This document shows positions 27,166 through 36,789 of a stretch of DNA of 64,000 nt, piece by piece. Below the pieces are notes generated by a model that worked only from the letters and a program-made list of their open reading frames with translations, was not told the origin of the DNA and made no database searches. The translations under genes and the position numbers were made by a program. The stretch is from an uncultured Thermoleophilia bacterium. GTDB lineage: Bacteria > Actinomycetota > Thermoleophilia > Miltoncostaeales > Miltoncostaeaceae. Positions within the stretch are counted from its first letter, which is position 1; the number at the start of each line of letters is the position of its first letter. Location: positions 1,698,011 to 1,762,010 of the forward strand of contig CAVTPK010000011.1 in the NCBI GenBank assembly GCA_963736635.1, read 5' to 3'.

Positions 27166-29403
27166 TCACTCGGTCTCGGTCGCCGGCTCGCCCACACCGC
27201 GGGGCGCCGGCGCCGGGGCGGGCTGCTCGGGCGGCTCGATGGTGATGTTGGGCAGCAGCCGGTCCGCCCAGCGCGGCATGTACCAGGCGCGCTCGCCGAG
27301 GATCTGCAGCACCGCCGGCACGATGATCAGGCGCACGATGAACGCGTCGATCGCGATCGCGACGCCCAGGGCCAGGCCGAACTCCTTGATCGTGCGCTCG
27401 TCGCCCAGCAGGAAGCTGAAGAAGACCGAGCACATGATCAGCGCGCAGGCCACGATCACGCGTCCGATGGCCGCGACGCCGTGGTCGATCGACTCGCGCG
27501 CCCCCCGGCCGGCCACGTGCTCCTCGCGGATCCGGCTCATGATGAAGACCTCGTAGTCGGTCGAGAGGCCGAAGAGGATCGCGAAGACGATCACCGGCAG
27601 GAACGACTCGATCGGGCCCGTGCTGTCGATGCCGAGCAGGCCGGCGCCCCAGCCGTGCTGGAAGACGGCGATCAGCACCCCGAAGGCGGCCAGCGCCGAG
27701 AGGGCGGTCGTGAGCGCCGCCTTCGCCGCCACCACGATCGAGCGGAAGGCCATGGCGATCAGCACGAAGATGATCCCGATCACCACCACCAGGAACACCA
27801 GCTGGCGCGTCTGCAGGATCGCGGCGATGTCCTCGTAGGCGGCCGTCTGGCCGCCGACGAAGGCCTGGGCCCCGGTGCCCGCGAGGGTGTCGGGGATCAC
27901 GTCGTCGCGGAGCGTGTGCACCAGATCGGCGGTCGTCGCGGACTGCGGTGAGGTGGTGGGGTAGGCGGTGATCACGGCGGTGTTGCCGGCCGCGTTGACC
28001 GCCGGGGCCTGCACCGAGGCGATCCCCGGGGTCGACTCGAGCGCGCTCACCAGGCGGTCGGCCGCGTCCGAGCCCGGCTTCTGGTCGACCGCGACCAGCA
28101 GCTCGCCGTTGAAGCCGGGGCCGAAGCCCTCGGCCAGCAGGTCGTAGGCCTTGCGGGTGGTCGTGCCCTCCGGGTTCGAGCCGGCGTCGCTCGAGCCGAG
28201 CTGCACCGTGAGCACCGGGATGGCGAGGATCAGCAGGAACACGACGGCGGTGCCGCCGGTGAGCCAGGGCCGGCGGGTCACCCAGCGGCCGAAGCGCGCG
28301 GTGGCGGAGCGGTTGCGCGCCGCCTCGGAGTCGTCGCGGTGGGGCAGGAAGGGCAGGCGGCCCTTGTCAACCCGGTGACCGAGCTTGGCGAGGATCGCCG
28401 GCAGCAGGGTCACCGCCGCCATCACCGCCACGAGCACGGTGATCGACGCGCCGAGGCCCATCTTGGTGATGAAGTCCAGGCCGAGCACGGCGAGGGCCGA
28501 GATCGAGATGGCCACCGTGATCCCGGCGAAGATCACGGCACGTCCGGCGGTGGAGGCCGCGGTCGTCGCCGCCTCGATCGGCGGGCGGCCGTCGTGGAGC
28601 GCCTGGCGGAAGCGGCTGACGATGAGCAGCGAGTAGTCGATGCCCACGCCGAGCCCGATCATCGTGGCCAGGGTCGGCGTGATCGTGTTGAAGGTCCACA
28701 CGCCGGCGGCGAGCGTGATCAGCGAGATCCCGATGCCCACCGACGTGATCGCCAGCACGATCGGGAGGCTCATGGCGACGGCCGCGCCGAGCATCACGAG
28801 CAGGATCACGATGGCCACCAGGATCCCGATCAGCTCGCTGACCCCGGTGGTCGGGGGCTCCGCGTTGGCGATCACCGGGCCGCCGAACTCGGTCTGGACG
28901 CCGCCGGCCTCCGCCGCCGCCCGCGCCGTGTCCTCCAGCTGGGTGACCGACTCCTTGGGCACGTCGATCGCCGGCTGGGAGAACTGGACCGTGGAGTAGG
29001 CGATGCGGCCGTTCTCGCTGACCTGGTCGGAGCCGGCCGCGAAGGGATCGCTCGCCCCGACGACGCCGGGCACGGCCTCGGCCTTGGCGACCGCGGCCTG
29101 CACCGCCGCCCGGGCCTCGCCCCGGTCGAGGCGGCCGGAGTCGACGGCGAAGACCATCTGGGCCGAGTCGCCCGAGCGCGCCGGGAAGCGGCTCTCGAGC
29201 AGGTCGACGGCCTTCTGCGAGTCGGAGCCCGGCAGGGAGAACTCGTCGATCAGCTGCCCGCCCACGGTGCCCGCGGCCCCGAAGATCCCGATGATCACGA
29301 CCACCCATATCGCGATCGTCCGCCAGGCGTGGGCCGCGCACGCATGCACGAACCGGGAGAGCGCGCCAGGGCGCGCGGGGCCGTGCGGCTCCGGTGAGCT
29401 CAT
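27166..29403 (-). CDS. MMPL family transporter
   Basis: GLGVGIDYSL, GRAVIFAG, GFGPGFNG, FGLSTDYEVF. Confidence 0.93.
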   Translation of the reverse strand: MSSPEPHGPARPGALSRFVHACAAHAWRTIAIWVVVIIGIFGAAGTVGGQLIDEFSLPGSDSQKAVDLLESRFPARSGDSAQMVFAVDSGRLDRGEARAAVQAAVAKAEAVPGVVGASDPFAAGSDQVSENGRIAYSTVQFSQPAIDVPKESVTQLEDTARAAAEAGGVQTEFGGPVIANAEPPTTGVSELIGILVAIVILLVMLGAAVAMSLPIVLAITSVGIGISLITLAAGVWTFNTITPTLATMIGLGVGIDYSLLIVSRFRQALHDGRPPIEAATTAASTAGRAVIFAGITVAISISALAVLGLDFITKMGLGASITVLVAVMAAVTLLPAILAKLGHRVDKGRLPFLPHRDDSEAARNRSATARFGRWVTRRPWLTGGTAVVFLLILAIPVLTVQLGSSDAGSNPEGTTTRKAYDLLAEGFGPGFNGELLVAVDQKPGSDAADRLVSALESTPGIASVQAPAVNAAGNTAVITAYPTTSPQSATTADLVHTLRDDVIPDTLAGTGAQAFVGGQTAAYEDIAAILQTRQLVFLVVVIGIIFVLIAMAFRSIVVAAKAALTTALSALAAFGVLIAVFQHGWGAGLLGIDSTGPIESFLPVIVFAILFGLSTDYEVFIMSRIREEHVAGRGARESIDHGVAAIGRVIVACALIMCSVFFSFLLGDERTIKEFGLALGVAIAIDAFIVRLIIVPAVLQILGERAWYMPRWADRLLPNITIEPPEQPAPAPAPRGVGEPATETE

Positions 29404-29579
29404 CGGTCGGGGTCCCTTCGAAGGGGGTGTGGGCGACTGCGATATCCGTATCGCGAACGCACTAATTTATGCCCGGCGCCGGCGTGAAGGTCAACGCGGG
29501 CTCGGACAAGAGTGGGGAAAACGGCCGCCCGGGCGGACCGTGCCCGCCGCGGGGCCGGGCGGCCCCGCGGCGGCGGCGA

Positions 29580-30654
29580 TCAGGGCGTGACGGTCACCTT
29601 GATCACGCCGTCCTCCTGGTTCGAGAACAGGGAGTAGGCCTGCTCGATGTCGTCCAGGTCGAAGCGGTGGGTGATCAGCTGCTGCAGGTTGAGGCGGCCG
29701 GTCTTGACCAGGTTCATGAGCGCGCTGAGGCGCTTCTTGCCGCCCGGGCACAGGGTCGTGCGGATGTCGATGTCGCCGATGCCGTAGATGAACGGCTCGA
29801 GCGGGATCGTGACCTTGTCGCCGTAGACCCCCAGCGACGAGACCACGCCGGCCGGGCCGCACCGACTTGAGCGAGTTCTCGAAGGTCTCCTGGATGCCCA
29901 GGGCCTCGATGGCCACGTCCGCCCCGCGTCCCTCCGTGAGGGCCTTGATCTTGGCGACCGGGTCCTCCTGGGTGTAGTCGATGATCACGTCGGCCCCCAT
30001 GGTGCGGGCCATCTCCAGCCGGCGGTGGTTGGAGTCGACCGCGATCACCAGCCCGGCGCCGCGCAGGCGCGCGCCGGCCGTCGCGCACAGGCCGATCGGC
30101 CCCTGCGCGAACACCGCCACCGTGTCGCCCAGGTGCACGTCGGCGGTCTCCACCGCGGAGATGCCCGTGGTGGCGATGTCGGTGACGAACAGGACCTCCT
30201 CGTCGGAGAGCCCCTCGGGGATGCGGGAGAGGTTGGCCTGGGCGTAGGGCACCCGGAAGTACTCGGCCTGGACGCCGTCCATCGAGTTGCCCAGGCGCCA
30301 CCCGCCGATGATCCCCCACTGGTCCTCGTAGCCGGCGCACTGCGAGAAGTCGCCGGCCTGGCAGAAGTAGCAGGAGCCGCAGGGGGTGATGGCGCCCACC
30401 ACCACGCGGTCGCCCACCTCGTAGCCGACCACCGCGTCGCCCACCTCGTGGATGATCCCGGCCGGCTCGTGGCCCACGACGCGCCCGGGGGCCACCGGGT
30501 ACTCGCCGCGCCAGATGTGGGAGTCGGTGCCGCAGATCGTGGTCGTCGTGACCTTCACGATCGCGTCCGTGGGTCCGCACCGGGGGATCGGGACCTCCTC
30601 GATGTGGATGTCGCGAACATCCTTGAAGACCGCCGCACGCATCATCTCGGGCAT
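29580..30654 (-). CDS. Zn-dependent alcohol dehydrogenase (frameshift near 29850)
   Basis: TTICGTD, GHEPAG, CGSCYFC..C structural Zn site, QGPIGL. Confidence 0.9.
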
Positions 30655-30807
30655 GGCTTCCTCCTGTGCGTCTGGGGCCCCCACACTCGCCCCCCGCCGT
30701 CCTCCGGGCAATGCCGTTCGGTCGCGCAGCACCGCCCCCGCGGCCGCCCCGGCGACCGCGAACGCCATGCCCAGGACGATCCGCGCGGGGAGGGCGGGCT
30801 GTAAGCC

Positions 30808-30825
30808 CTCACCCGTTCGGGTGAG
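30808..30825. promoter_or_regulatory. 8-2-8 palindrome, probable NarL-type site
   Basis: ctcacccg-tt-cgggtgag between divergent ADH and kinase. Confidence 0.6.
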
Positions 30826-30888
30826 TTCGTTGCGGTCCGCACATGGCGGCCGTAGGGTCGAAGGGTCGCAGCGGCAGGGGGGCAGCGG

Positions 30889-32103
30889 GTGAGTCGCGAG
30901 GGAGGCATCGGATCGCCGGTCGCCGACGGAGGGCGCGTCGCCGACCTCAACCTGATGCGCCGCGCAGACGCCGCCGGCCAGCGCCTGTTCCGCGAGCTGG
31001 TGGTGTCGCGCATCGCCTGGCGCACCGCCTCCGAGGCCAGCCGGCTGATCGCCGCCGACGTCGTCGGCTTCTCCCTGCGCGTGGCCGGGTGCGAGCACCC
31101 GCAGCCCTGCCACCTGCACCACTGCTTCGACCGGCTGGAGATGAAGGCCATGCTGGGCAACCGCGGCCCGCGCCTTCCCGGCCTGCGGCTGCTGGCCGGG
31201 GCGGGTGTGGGCGGCCAGGTGCTGGACACCGGCAAGGCCATCGGCGTGCCCCGCTACCGGTCGGCGTCCTTCGACGACGAGCTGGTGAAGCTGGTCGCCG
31301 ACGAGGAGGGCATCGGCTCCCTGATCGGCGTCCCGGTCTCCTTCGGCGGTGAGGTCCGCGGCGTGCTGCACGTCGGGATGCGGTCCGAGGGCGGCGTCAG
31401 CGAGAGCGCGGTCGAGGCCCTCGGGCGCCTGTGCACGTACTCGGGCGCCGCCCTCGCGGCGGCGCGCGACCGGGCGCGGGTCGAGGAGGTCGCGGCCATG
31501 CGCGAGCGGCGCCGGCTGGCCCGCGCGCTGCACGACGACTTCGGGCAGCGCCTGTTCGGGATCGGCGTCTCCGCCCAGCTGGCCCACTCCAGCGCCGCGG
31601 CCGGGCGCCCCGACCTGCTGGGGCACCTCGCCGGCCTGGAGCAGCAGATCGCGGGCGCGTCCGCGCAGCTGCGCTCCACCCTGCGCGCCCTGGACCGGCC
31701 GGCCGCGCCCGCCGGAGCGGTGGCCGTCAAGCTGCGCGAGGACGCCGCCGCGTTCAGCACCCGCAGCGCGGTGCCGGCCCACCTGCTCGTGCTGGGCGAC
31801 CCCGCGCCCGTCGACGAGGCCCGCGAGGAGCTGCTGATCCGCATCGCCCGGGAGGGCCTGCGCAACGTCGAGCGCCACGCGGGGGCGACCGAGGTGGTGC
31901 TGACGCTGGCCTTCCAGGGCGAGGCGGTCGAGCTCGTGATCCAGGACGACGGGGTCGGCCCGCCGTCGCGCCCGCAGGCGCACGGGAGCGGGCTGGGCCT
32001 GGGCATGCTCCGCGAGGAGGTCGCCCGGTTCGGCGGCGACGTGCGGCTGGCGCGCAGCGAGGACTCCGGGTCGACCATGAGGGCGCTGATCCCGCTCGCC
32101 TGA
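30889..32103 (+). CDS. Soluble GAF-domain histidine kinase (HisKA_3)
   Basis: GVGGQV..G GAF, ALHDDFGQ H-box, EGLRNVERHA, DDGVG, GLGL. Confidence 0.88.
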   Translation: MSREGGIGSPVADGGRVADLNLMRRADAAGQRLFRELVVSRIAWRTASEASRLIAADVVGFSLRVAGCEHPQPCHLHHCFDRLEMKAMLGNRGPRLPGLRLLAGAGVGGQVLDTGKAIGVPRYRSASFDDELVKLVADEEGIGSLIGVPVSFGGEVRGVLHVGMRSEGGVSESAVEALGRLCTYSGAALAAARDRARVEEVAAMRERRRLARALHDDFGQRLFGIGVSAQLAHSSAAAGRPDLLGHLAGLEQQIAGASAQLRSTLRALDRPAAPAGAVAVKLREDAAAFSTRSAVPAHLLVLGDPAPVDEAREELLIRIAREGLRNVERHAGATEVVLTLAFQGEAVELVIQDDGVGPPSRPQAHGSGLGLGMLREEVARFGGDVRLARSEDSGSTMRALIPLA

Positions 32104-32104
32104 C

Positions 32105-32740
32105 GTGAGCCGCATGCCGCACACGGTCGTGGTGGCCGACGACCACCCCATCGTCCTGTCCGGGATGCGGCTGCTCCTGTCCGGCAGCCGCTTCTTCCAG
32201 CTGGTGGGCGACGCCCGCACCGGCGCCGAGGCGATCCTGCGCTGCGAGCAGTTCCGCCCCGACGTGCTGCTGCTGGACCTGCGCCTTCCCGACCTGCCGG
32301 CGCCCACCATCTGCGACCGCATCAAGGAGCGCCACCCCGAGATCGCGATCGTGATCCTGACCGCCCACCCCGAGGAGATGGCGGTGCGCGGCTGCCTCAA
32401 GGCCGGCGCGTCGGCCTGCCTGTTCAAGGACGTCAGCGAGCAGAACCTGCTGTCGGCCCTGATGCAGGTGGTGCACGGGCGCACCGTGATGGACCCGCGG
32501 ATCGCGGGCGCCGCCCTGCCGCGGCGCGAGCGGGCCGCGGCGGTCGACGGCGCCCTCACCGCGCGCGAGCACGAGGTGCTGCTGCTGATCGCCCGCGGGC
32601 TCACCACCCAGGAGATCGGCGAGTCCCTGGGCCTGTCGCCCAACACGGTCAAGAGCCACTCCCGCTCGCTGTTCACCAAGCTCGAGGCCCACAACCGGGT
32701 CCAGGCCCTGGCGATCGCCAAGGAGCGCGGTCTGCTCTAG
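32105..32740 (+). CDS. NarL/LuxR family response regulator
   Basis: ADDHPIV, LLDLRLPD, LTAREHEVL, SPNTVKSH. Confidence 0.92.
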   Translation: MSRMPHTVVVADDHPIVLSGMRLLLSGSRFFQLVGDARTGAEAILRCEQFRPDVLLLDLRLPDLPAPTICDRIKERHPEIAIVILTAHPEEMAVRGCLKAGASACLFKDVSEQNLLSALMQVVHGRTVMDPRIAGAALPRRERAAAVDGALTAREHEVLLLIARGLTTQEIGESLGLSPNTVKSHSRSLFTKLEAHNRVQALAIAKERGLL

Positions 32741-32789
32741 CCGGCCGCCGGTCCACTAGGTTTGCGGTTCCAGCAACGAAGGGTGCGAG

Positions 32790-33143
32790 ATGGACGATGC
32801 ACGTGCAGCCGAACTGCTCGCCGCGGAGCGGGCGAGGGTCACCGAGGAGCTGAGTCGCCTGGAGGCCGAGTTCCGGCCCGACGCCGCCGACTCGGCGGCG
32901 GACGAGGTCGCGTCGGGCGACGGCGCGGTGGACCTCACCGAGCGGACCCGCGACCTGGACCGCATCGAGGCCCTGCGCGTGGAGCTCGCGGCCGTCGAGC
33001 GCGCCGAGGCGCGCCTGGCCGCCGGCACCTACGGCCTGAGCGTCGACAGCGGCGCGCCGATCTCCGACGCCCGCCTGGAGCGGATCCCCACCGCCGAGCG
33101 CACGGCCGACGAGCAGCGCGAGTTCGAGAGGCACGGGGGATGA
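32790..33143 (+). CDS. TraR/DksA family protein lacking Zn-finger cysteines
   Basis: ERAEARLAAGTYGLSVDSGAPI..ARLE.IP.A. Confidence 0.8.
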   Translation: MDDARAAELLAAERARVTEELSRLEAEFRPDAADSAADEVASGDGAVDLTERTRDLDRIEALRVELAAVERAEARLAAGTYGLSVDSGAPISDARLERIPTAERTADEQREFERHGG

Positions 33144-33376
33144 GCGCCGCCGGAGCGGTCGCCCTGGAGGTGCTGCGCGACTCCGGCGAGCCGGTGCGCG
33201 AGGCGGCCCTCTACGAGCGGGTCACCGCCCGCGGCGTGGAGGTGGCGCCGCCGGCCTTCGTCGCGGTGCTCGAGCGCCTCGCGACCGAGGGCCACGTGCG
33301 CGTCTCCTTCGAGCACGACTCGACGGCCCGGGATCCCGAGCCGTTCGAGCCGCGCTTCTGGAGCCTGGTGAGCTAG
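33140..33376 (+). CDS. Small winged-helix-like hypothetical protein
   Basis: ATGA overlap with DksA-like gene; LERLATEGHV. Confidence 0.6.
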   Translation: MSAAGAVALEVLRDSGEPVREAALYERVTARGVEVAPPAFVAVLERLATEGHVRVSFEHDSTARDPEPFEPRFWSLVS

Positions 33377-33377
33377 A

Positions 33378-33533
33378 GCCCTGAGCCGCAGCAGGCGCGG
33401 CCGTTCCCGGCTGCATCTCGTCGCGACTCGTCGTCCTCGACAGCCCCGATATCACCGATATCGGGGCTGATCTGCGTCCTAGATTCGCAGGAGATTCGCG
33501 CGGGAACCGCGGACGCATCTGCGACTCAGGGCA
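33378..33533. repeat. About 155-bp imperfect palindrome (REP/MITE-like)
   Basis: Core cagccccgatatc-acc-gatatcggggctg; outer ccctgagccgcag / ctgcgactcaggg. Confidence 0.7.
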
Positions 33534-33842
33534 CTAGAGCTCGGGGCCCGTGGGCGGCGGGTCCACGGGCGGCGGGTCCACCGGCGGGGTCACCGGGGGC
33601 GGGGCCGGGTTGCAGTCGCCCCGGGTCCGGTCGCCCCGGTACCGGTCGCGATCGCGGTCGCCCCGGTGGTCGCGCTTGCCGCCCCAGTCGTACGAGGGGC
33701 TCTTGGCGGGCTGCTTGTAGGCGACCCCCCCGGGCGGACCGGAGGGTCCCTTGCCCCCTCCGCACGCCATCGCGCTGGGAACGGCGATCGCTCCCACCAG
33801 CGCCGTCGCCACGATGGCGCGGCTCAGCATCCTGCTGTTCAT
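33534..33842 (-). CDS. Small secreted Pro-rich protein
   Basis: RBS aaagga; signal peptide; PPVDPPPVDPPP. Confidence 0.6.
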   Translation of the reverse strand: MNSRMLSRAIVATALVGAIAVPSAMACGGGKGPSGPPGGVAYKQPAKSPSYDWGGKRDHRGDRDRDRYRGDRTRGDCNPAPPPVTPPVDPPPVDPPPTGPEL

Positions 33843-33953
33843 CTGGAGTCCTTTCCTCGATCCGGCTGGGCACAGCGCCTGAGACCGTGCCCTTCCATCG
33901 ACGGCGCCCCCGGCGGCGCGCTCCCGCACGGTGCGTTATGCGAGGCTCGCGCC

Positions 33954-34490
33954 GTGGACGACCTGCTCGCCGCCGTCGCCAGCCTGCGGGCCACCCGCCG
34001 CTTCACGGCCCGTCCGGTCGCGCCGGCGGATCTCGATCGCATCCTGGAGGCGGCCCGGTGGACGGGGTCGGCGCGCAACCGCCAGCCCTGGCGCCTGGTG
34101 GCCGTCGACGCCCCCGCCGACCTCGACGCGCTCAGCCGCCTCGGCGCCTACGCGCAGTTCGTGCGCGGCGCCCCGCTCGCCCTGCTGATCGCCATCGACC
34201 GCACCGCCGGCGGGGCGGACGCGGAGTTCGACGCCGGGCGGCTGGCCCAGAGCGTCATGCTCGCGGCCCACGCGCTGGGCCTCGGATCGTGTCCGGCCAC
34301 GATCTTCCCCGCGCGCAACGTGGCGGCCGCCACCGCCCTGGCGGGCCTGGGCGACCCCTGGGGGGTGCGCACGATGATCGCGGTCGGCCATCCCGATCCC
34401 ACGCCGCCGCCCCCGGGCAGGCCCGCGATCCCGCGGGGGCGGATGCCGGTGGAGCGGCTGCGCGGAGGACCGGAGCCCCCCGGGGCCTAG
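33954..34490 (+). CDS. Nitroreductase family protein
   Basis: RATRRF, SARNRQPW, FDAGR.AQS.MLAA. Confidence 0.85.
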   Translation: MDDLLAAVASLRATRRFTARPVAPADLDRILEAARWTGSARNRQPWRLVAVDAPADLDALSRLGAYAQFVRGAPLALLIAIDRTAGGADAEFDAGRLAQSVMLAAHALGLGSCPATIFPARNVAAATALAGLGDPWGVRTMIAVGHPDPTPPPPGRPAIPRGRMPVERLRGGPEPPGA

Positions 34491-35665
34491 GGCCGGACGG
34501 CTCCGACGTAGTCGCCGCGGCCGCCGACGCTGCTCACCTTGACCACGTCGCCGGTCTGCGGGGCGTGCACGTACTGGCCGCCGCCGATGTAGATGCCCAT
34601 GTGGCCCAGGCCGCGGTAGAAGACCAGGTCGCCGGGCTGCAGCTGGCTCGAGGGGACCTTGGGGAAGGCGTTGTAGATCGCCACCGTGTAGTGCGGGACG
34701 CTCTTGCCGATCTGCGCGTAGGCCCACGACGCGAGGCCGCTGCAGTCGAAGCCGCCGGGGGAGGCGCCGCCCCACCGGTAGGGCGTGCCGAGCTGCGACA
34801 TGGCCGCGCTCGCGGCGGCCGAGTTGCCGCTGCCGCTGGGCAGCGCGGGGGTGGCCTCGGGCGTCGCGGCGGGAGTGGCCGCGGCCGGATCGGCGGCCGG
34901 GGCCGACGCGGCGGGGTCGGCGGCCGGTGCGGCCTGGGGATCGGCGGCCGGGGTGCTCGGGGTGCTCGCCGCCGCGGCCTGGCGCTGGCGGGCCACCTCG
35001 GCGGCCGCGGCCGCGGCGCGGCGCTCGCGCGCCTGCTCGGCCGCCAGCATCTGGCCCAGCTCGCCCTTCGCGCTGGCCAGCACGGCCTGGCGCTGGCCCA
35101 TCAGAGCCTCGACGGTCGCCTTGTGCTCGCGGGCGGCCGCGACCTGCTTCTCGCTGGTGGCGCGATCCTCGATGAGCTTGGCGCGCAGCGTCTGGAGCCG
35201 CTTCTTGCCCTCGCGCAGCCCGCCCACCACGCCGGCGTCCTTGCGGCCGACCCGGTCCAGCAGGTCCACCTGGTCCGCGGCGGCGGTGATGCTGCCGCTC
35301 GTGATCAGCACCTCGGCCAGCGAGGGCTCGGGGGTGGCGTAGATGTCGCGCAGGCGGGCCGCGAGCACCTTGCGCTTGGCGGCGAGCGCCTTGGTGGTGG
35401 TCACGATCTGGGCGCGGTTGTCCGCGATCCGATCCTGCACCTGGCCCAGCTCGTAGCGGGCGCCGTTGAACTCCTCGGCGGCGTCCTCGACCTGCTGGTC
35501 GATGCCGGCGAGCTCGGCCTGGATGCGCTCGACCTCCGCGCGCTTCTGGGAGATCGACGCGGGCTCGGAGCTCGCGATCGGCCCGCCGAGGAGCAGCAGA
35601 GCCGCGATCAGGACGCCGAATGCGCCCACGGTGCGGCTGATGAGGGGGAGCCTCAGGAAGGGCAT
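34487..35665 (-). CDS. NlpC/P60 peptidoglycan endopeptidase with coiled coil (CwlO/RipA-like)
   Basis: LGTPYRWGG..GFDCSGL, LQPGDLVF, HMGIYIG, HAP. Confidence 0.93.
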   Translation of the reverse strand: MPFLRLPLISRTVGAFGVLIAALLLLGGPIASSEPASISQKRAEVERIQAELAGIDQQVEDAAEEFNGARYELGQVQDRIADNRAQIVTTTKALAAKRKVLAARLRDIYATPEPSLAEVLITSGSITAAADQVDLLDRVGRKDAGVVGGLREGKKRLQTLRAKLIEDRATSEKQVAAAREHKATVEALMGQRQAVLASAKGELGQMLAAEQARERRAAAAAAEVARQRQAAAASTPSTPAADPQAAPAADPAASAPAADPAAATPAATPEATPALPSGSGNSAAASAAMSQLGTPYRWGGASPGGFDCSGLASWAYAQIGKSVPHYTVAIYNAFPKVPSSQLQPGDLVFYRGLGHMGIYIGGGQYVHAPQTGDVVKVSSVGGRGDYVGAVRP

Positions 35666-35794
35666 CTCCTGCGGGGGAACGGAAAAGGCGACCCAACACG
35701 CGGTCGCCGTCGATCGGTGACGCTACCAGCATCGGGGGGTCCAAGGGAAACCCCGCCGTCGTCACCGCGCACCGAGCGTGCAAGTGTGGGGGAC

Positions 35795-36676
35795 ATGCCC
35801 CCACGTCTTCGACCGCGCGCGATCGCCCTCCTGCTGGCGCTGGCGGGCGTGTGCGCCGCCGGCTGCGGCGCGGGCGCGGGGGCGGCGCAGGGCGACCCGC
35901 CACCGGACCGCTTCGACGCCGGCCGGGCCTTCGCCGAGCTGCGGGCCCAGGTCGCGCTGGGACCGCGCCCGGCGGGGTCCGCGGCCTCGCTGCGCCTGGC
36001 CCACCGCCTGCGCGCGCAACTGCCGCGGGGCGCCTTCGAGGGGGTCCCCGGGGGGCTGCGCAACGTCACCGGGCGCCTGCCGGGCCGCGGCGACCCGATC
36101 CTGATCGGCGCCCACTACGACACCAAGGACATCCCCGGGTTCGTGGGCGCCAACGACGGCGCGGGCGGGGTGGCCGTGGTGCTGCAGCTCTCGCGCGAGC
36201 TGGCGCGCGGCCGGCGGGCCTGCCAGCGCGAGGTGCGCTTCGTGATGTTCGACGGCGAGGAGAGCCCCCGGGGCTCGCGCGACTTCCTCGCCGACGGCCT
36301 GCGCGGCAGCCGCATCCACGCGGAGCGGCACGCGGACGGGCTGCGCGCGATGGTGCTGGTCGACTTCGTGGCCGATCGCGATCTGCGCATCCCGCGGGAG
36401 TCGTCCTCGGACACCGGGCTGTGGAGCGCGCTGCGGGCCTCCGCGCGGGCCGCCGGAGCGGCGCGCGCCTTCCCCGACCTGACCGGGCCCCGGGTCTACG
36501 ACGACCACACGCCCTTCCAGGAGGCGGGTGTGCCGTCGATCGACCTGATCGACTTCGACTACCCGTACTTCCACACCACCGGCGACACCCTCGACAAGGT
36601 GTCCGCCGCGAGCCTCGACCAGGTGGGCGAGACCCTGGTCGGCTTCATCGACCGGCTGCGCAACGAGACCTGCTGA
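35795..36676 (+). CDS. M28 family peptidase / glutaminyl cyclase-like lipoprotein
   Basis: AAGC lipobox, GAHYDT, GANDGAGG, FDGEE, DDHTPF, HT. Confidence 0.85.
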   Translation: MPPRLRPRAIALLLALAGVCAAGCGAGAGAAQGDPPPDRFDAGRAFAELRAQVALGPRPAGSAASLRLAHRLRAQLPRGAFEGVPGGLRNVTGRLPGRGDPILIGAHYDTKDIPGFVGANDGAGGVAVVLQLSRELARGRRACQREVRFVMFDGEESPRGSRDFLADGLRGSRIHAERHADGLRAMVLVDFVADRDLRIPRESSSDTGLWSALRASARAAGAARAFPDLTGPRVYDDHTPFQEAGVPSIDLIDFDYPYFHTTGDTLDKVSAASLDQVGETLVGFIDRLRNETC

Positions 36677-36789
36677 GTCCTCCCTGGTCCCGGCGGCCAG
36701 GGTGACAATCCGTTACTTGGCCCTCGGGCCGCTGTCCCGCGCGCCGCCCCGGAACTACGATCGCCGCGACGATGGCCGATCGACATTCA

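Noticed and set aside
29491-32721. 1076-aa minus-strand ORF and other very long Arg/Gly/Pro-rich ORFs (for example 19862..22621, 33887..36676, 43516..46410)
   Set aside because: Shadow or antisense frames typical of high-GC DNA; only part of each encodes a recognisable protein.
34850-34975. Short tandem repeats inside NlpC/P60
   Set aside because: Encode an Ala/Pro linker (PAADP).
35666-35794. c-di-AMP (ydaO) riboswitch expected upstream of NlpC/P60
   Set aside because: Conserved aptamer motifs not seen; spacer is short.
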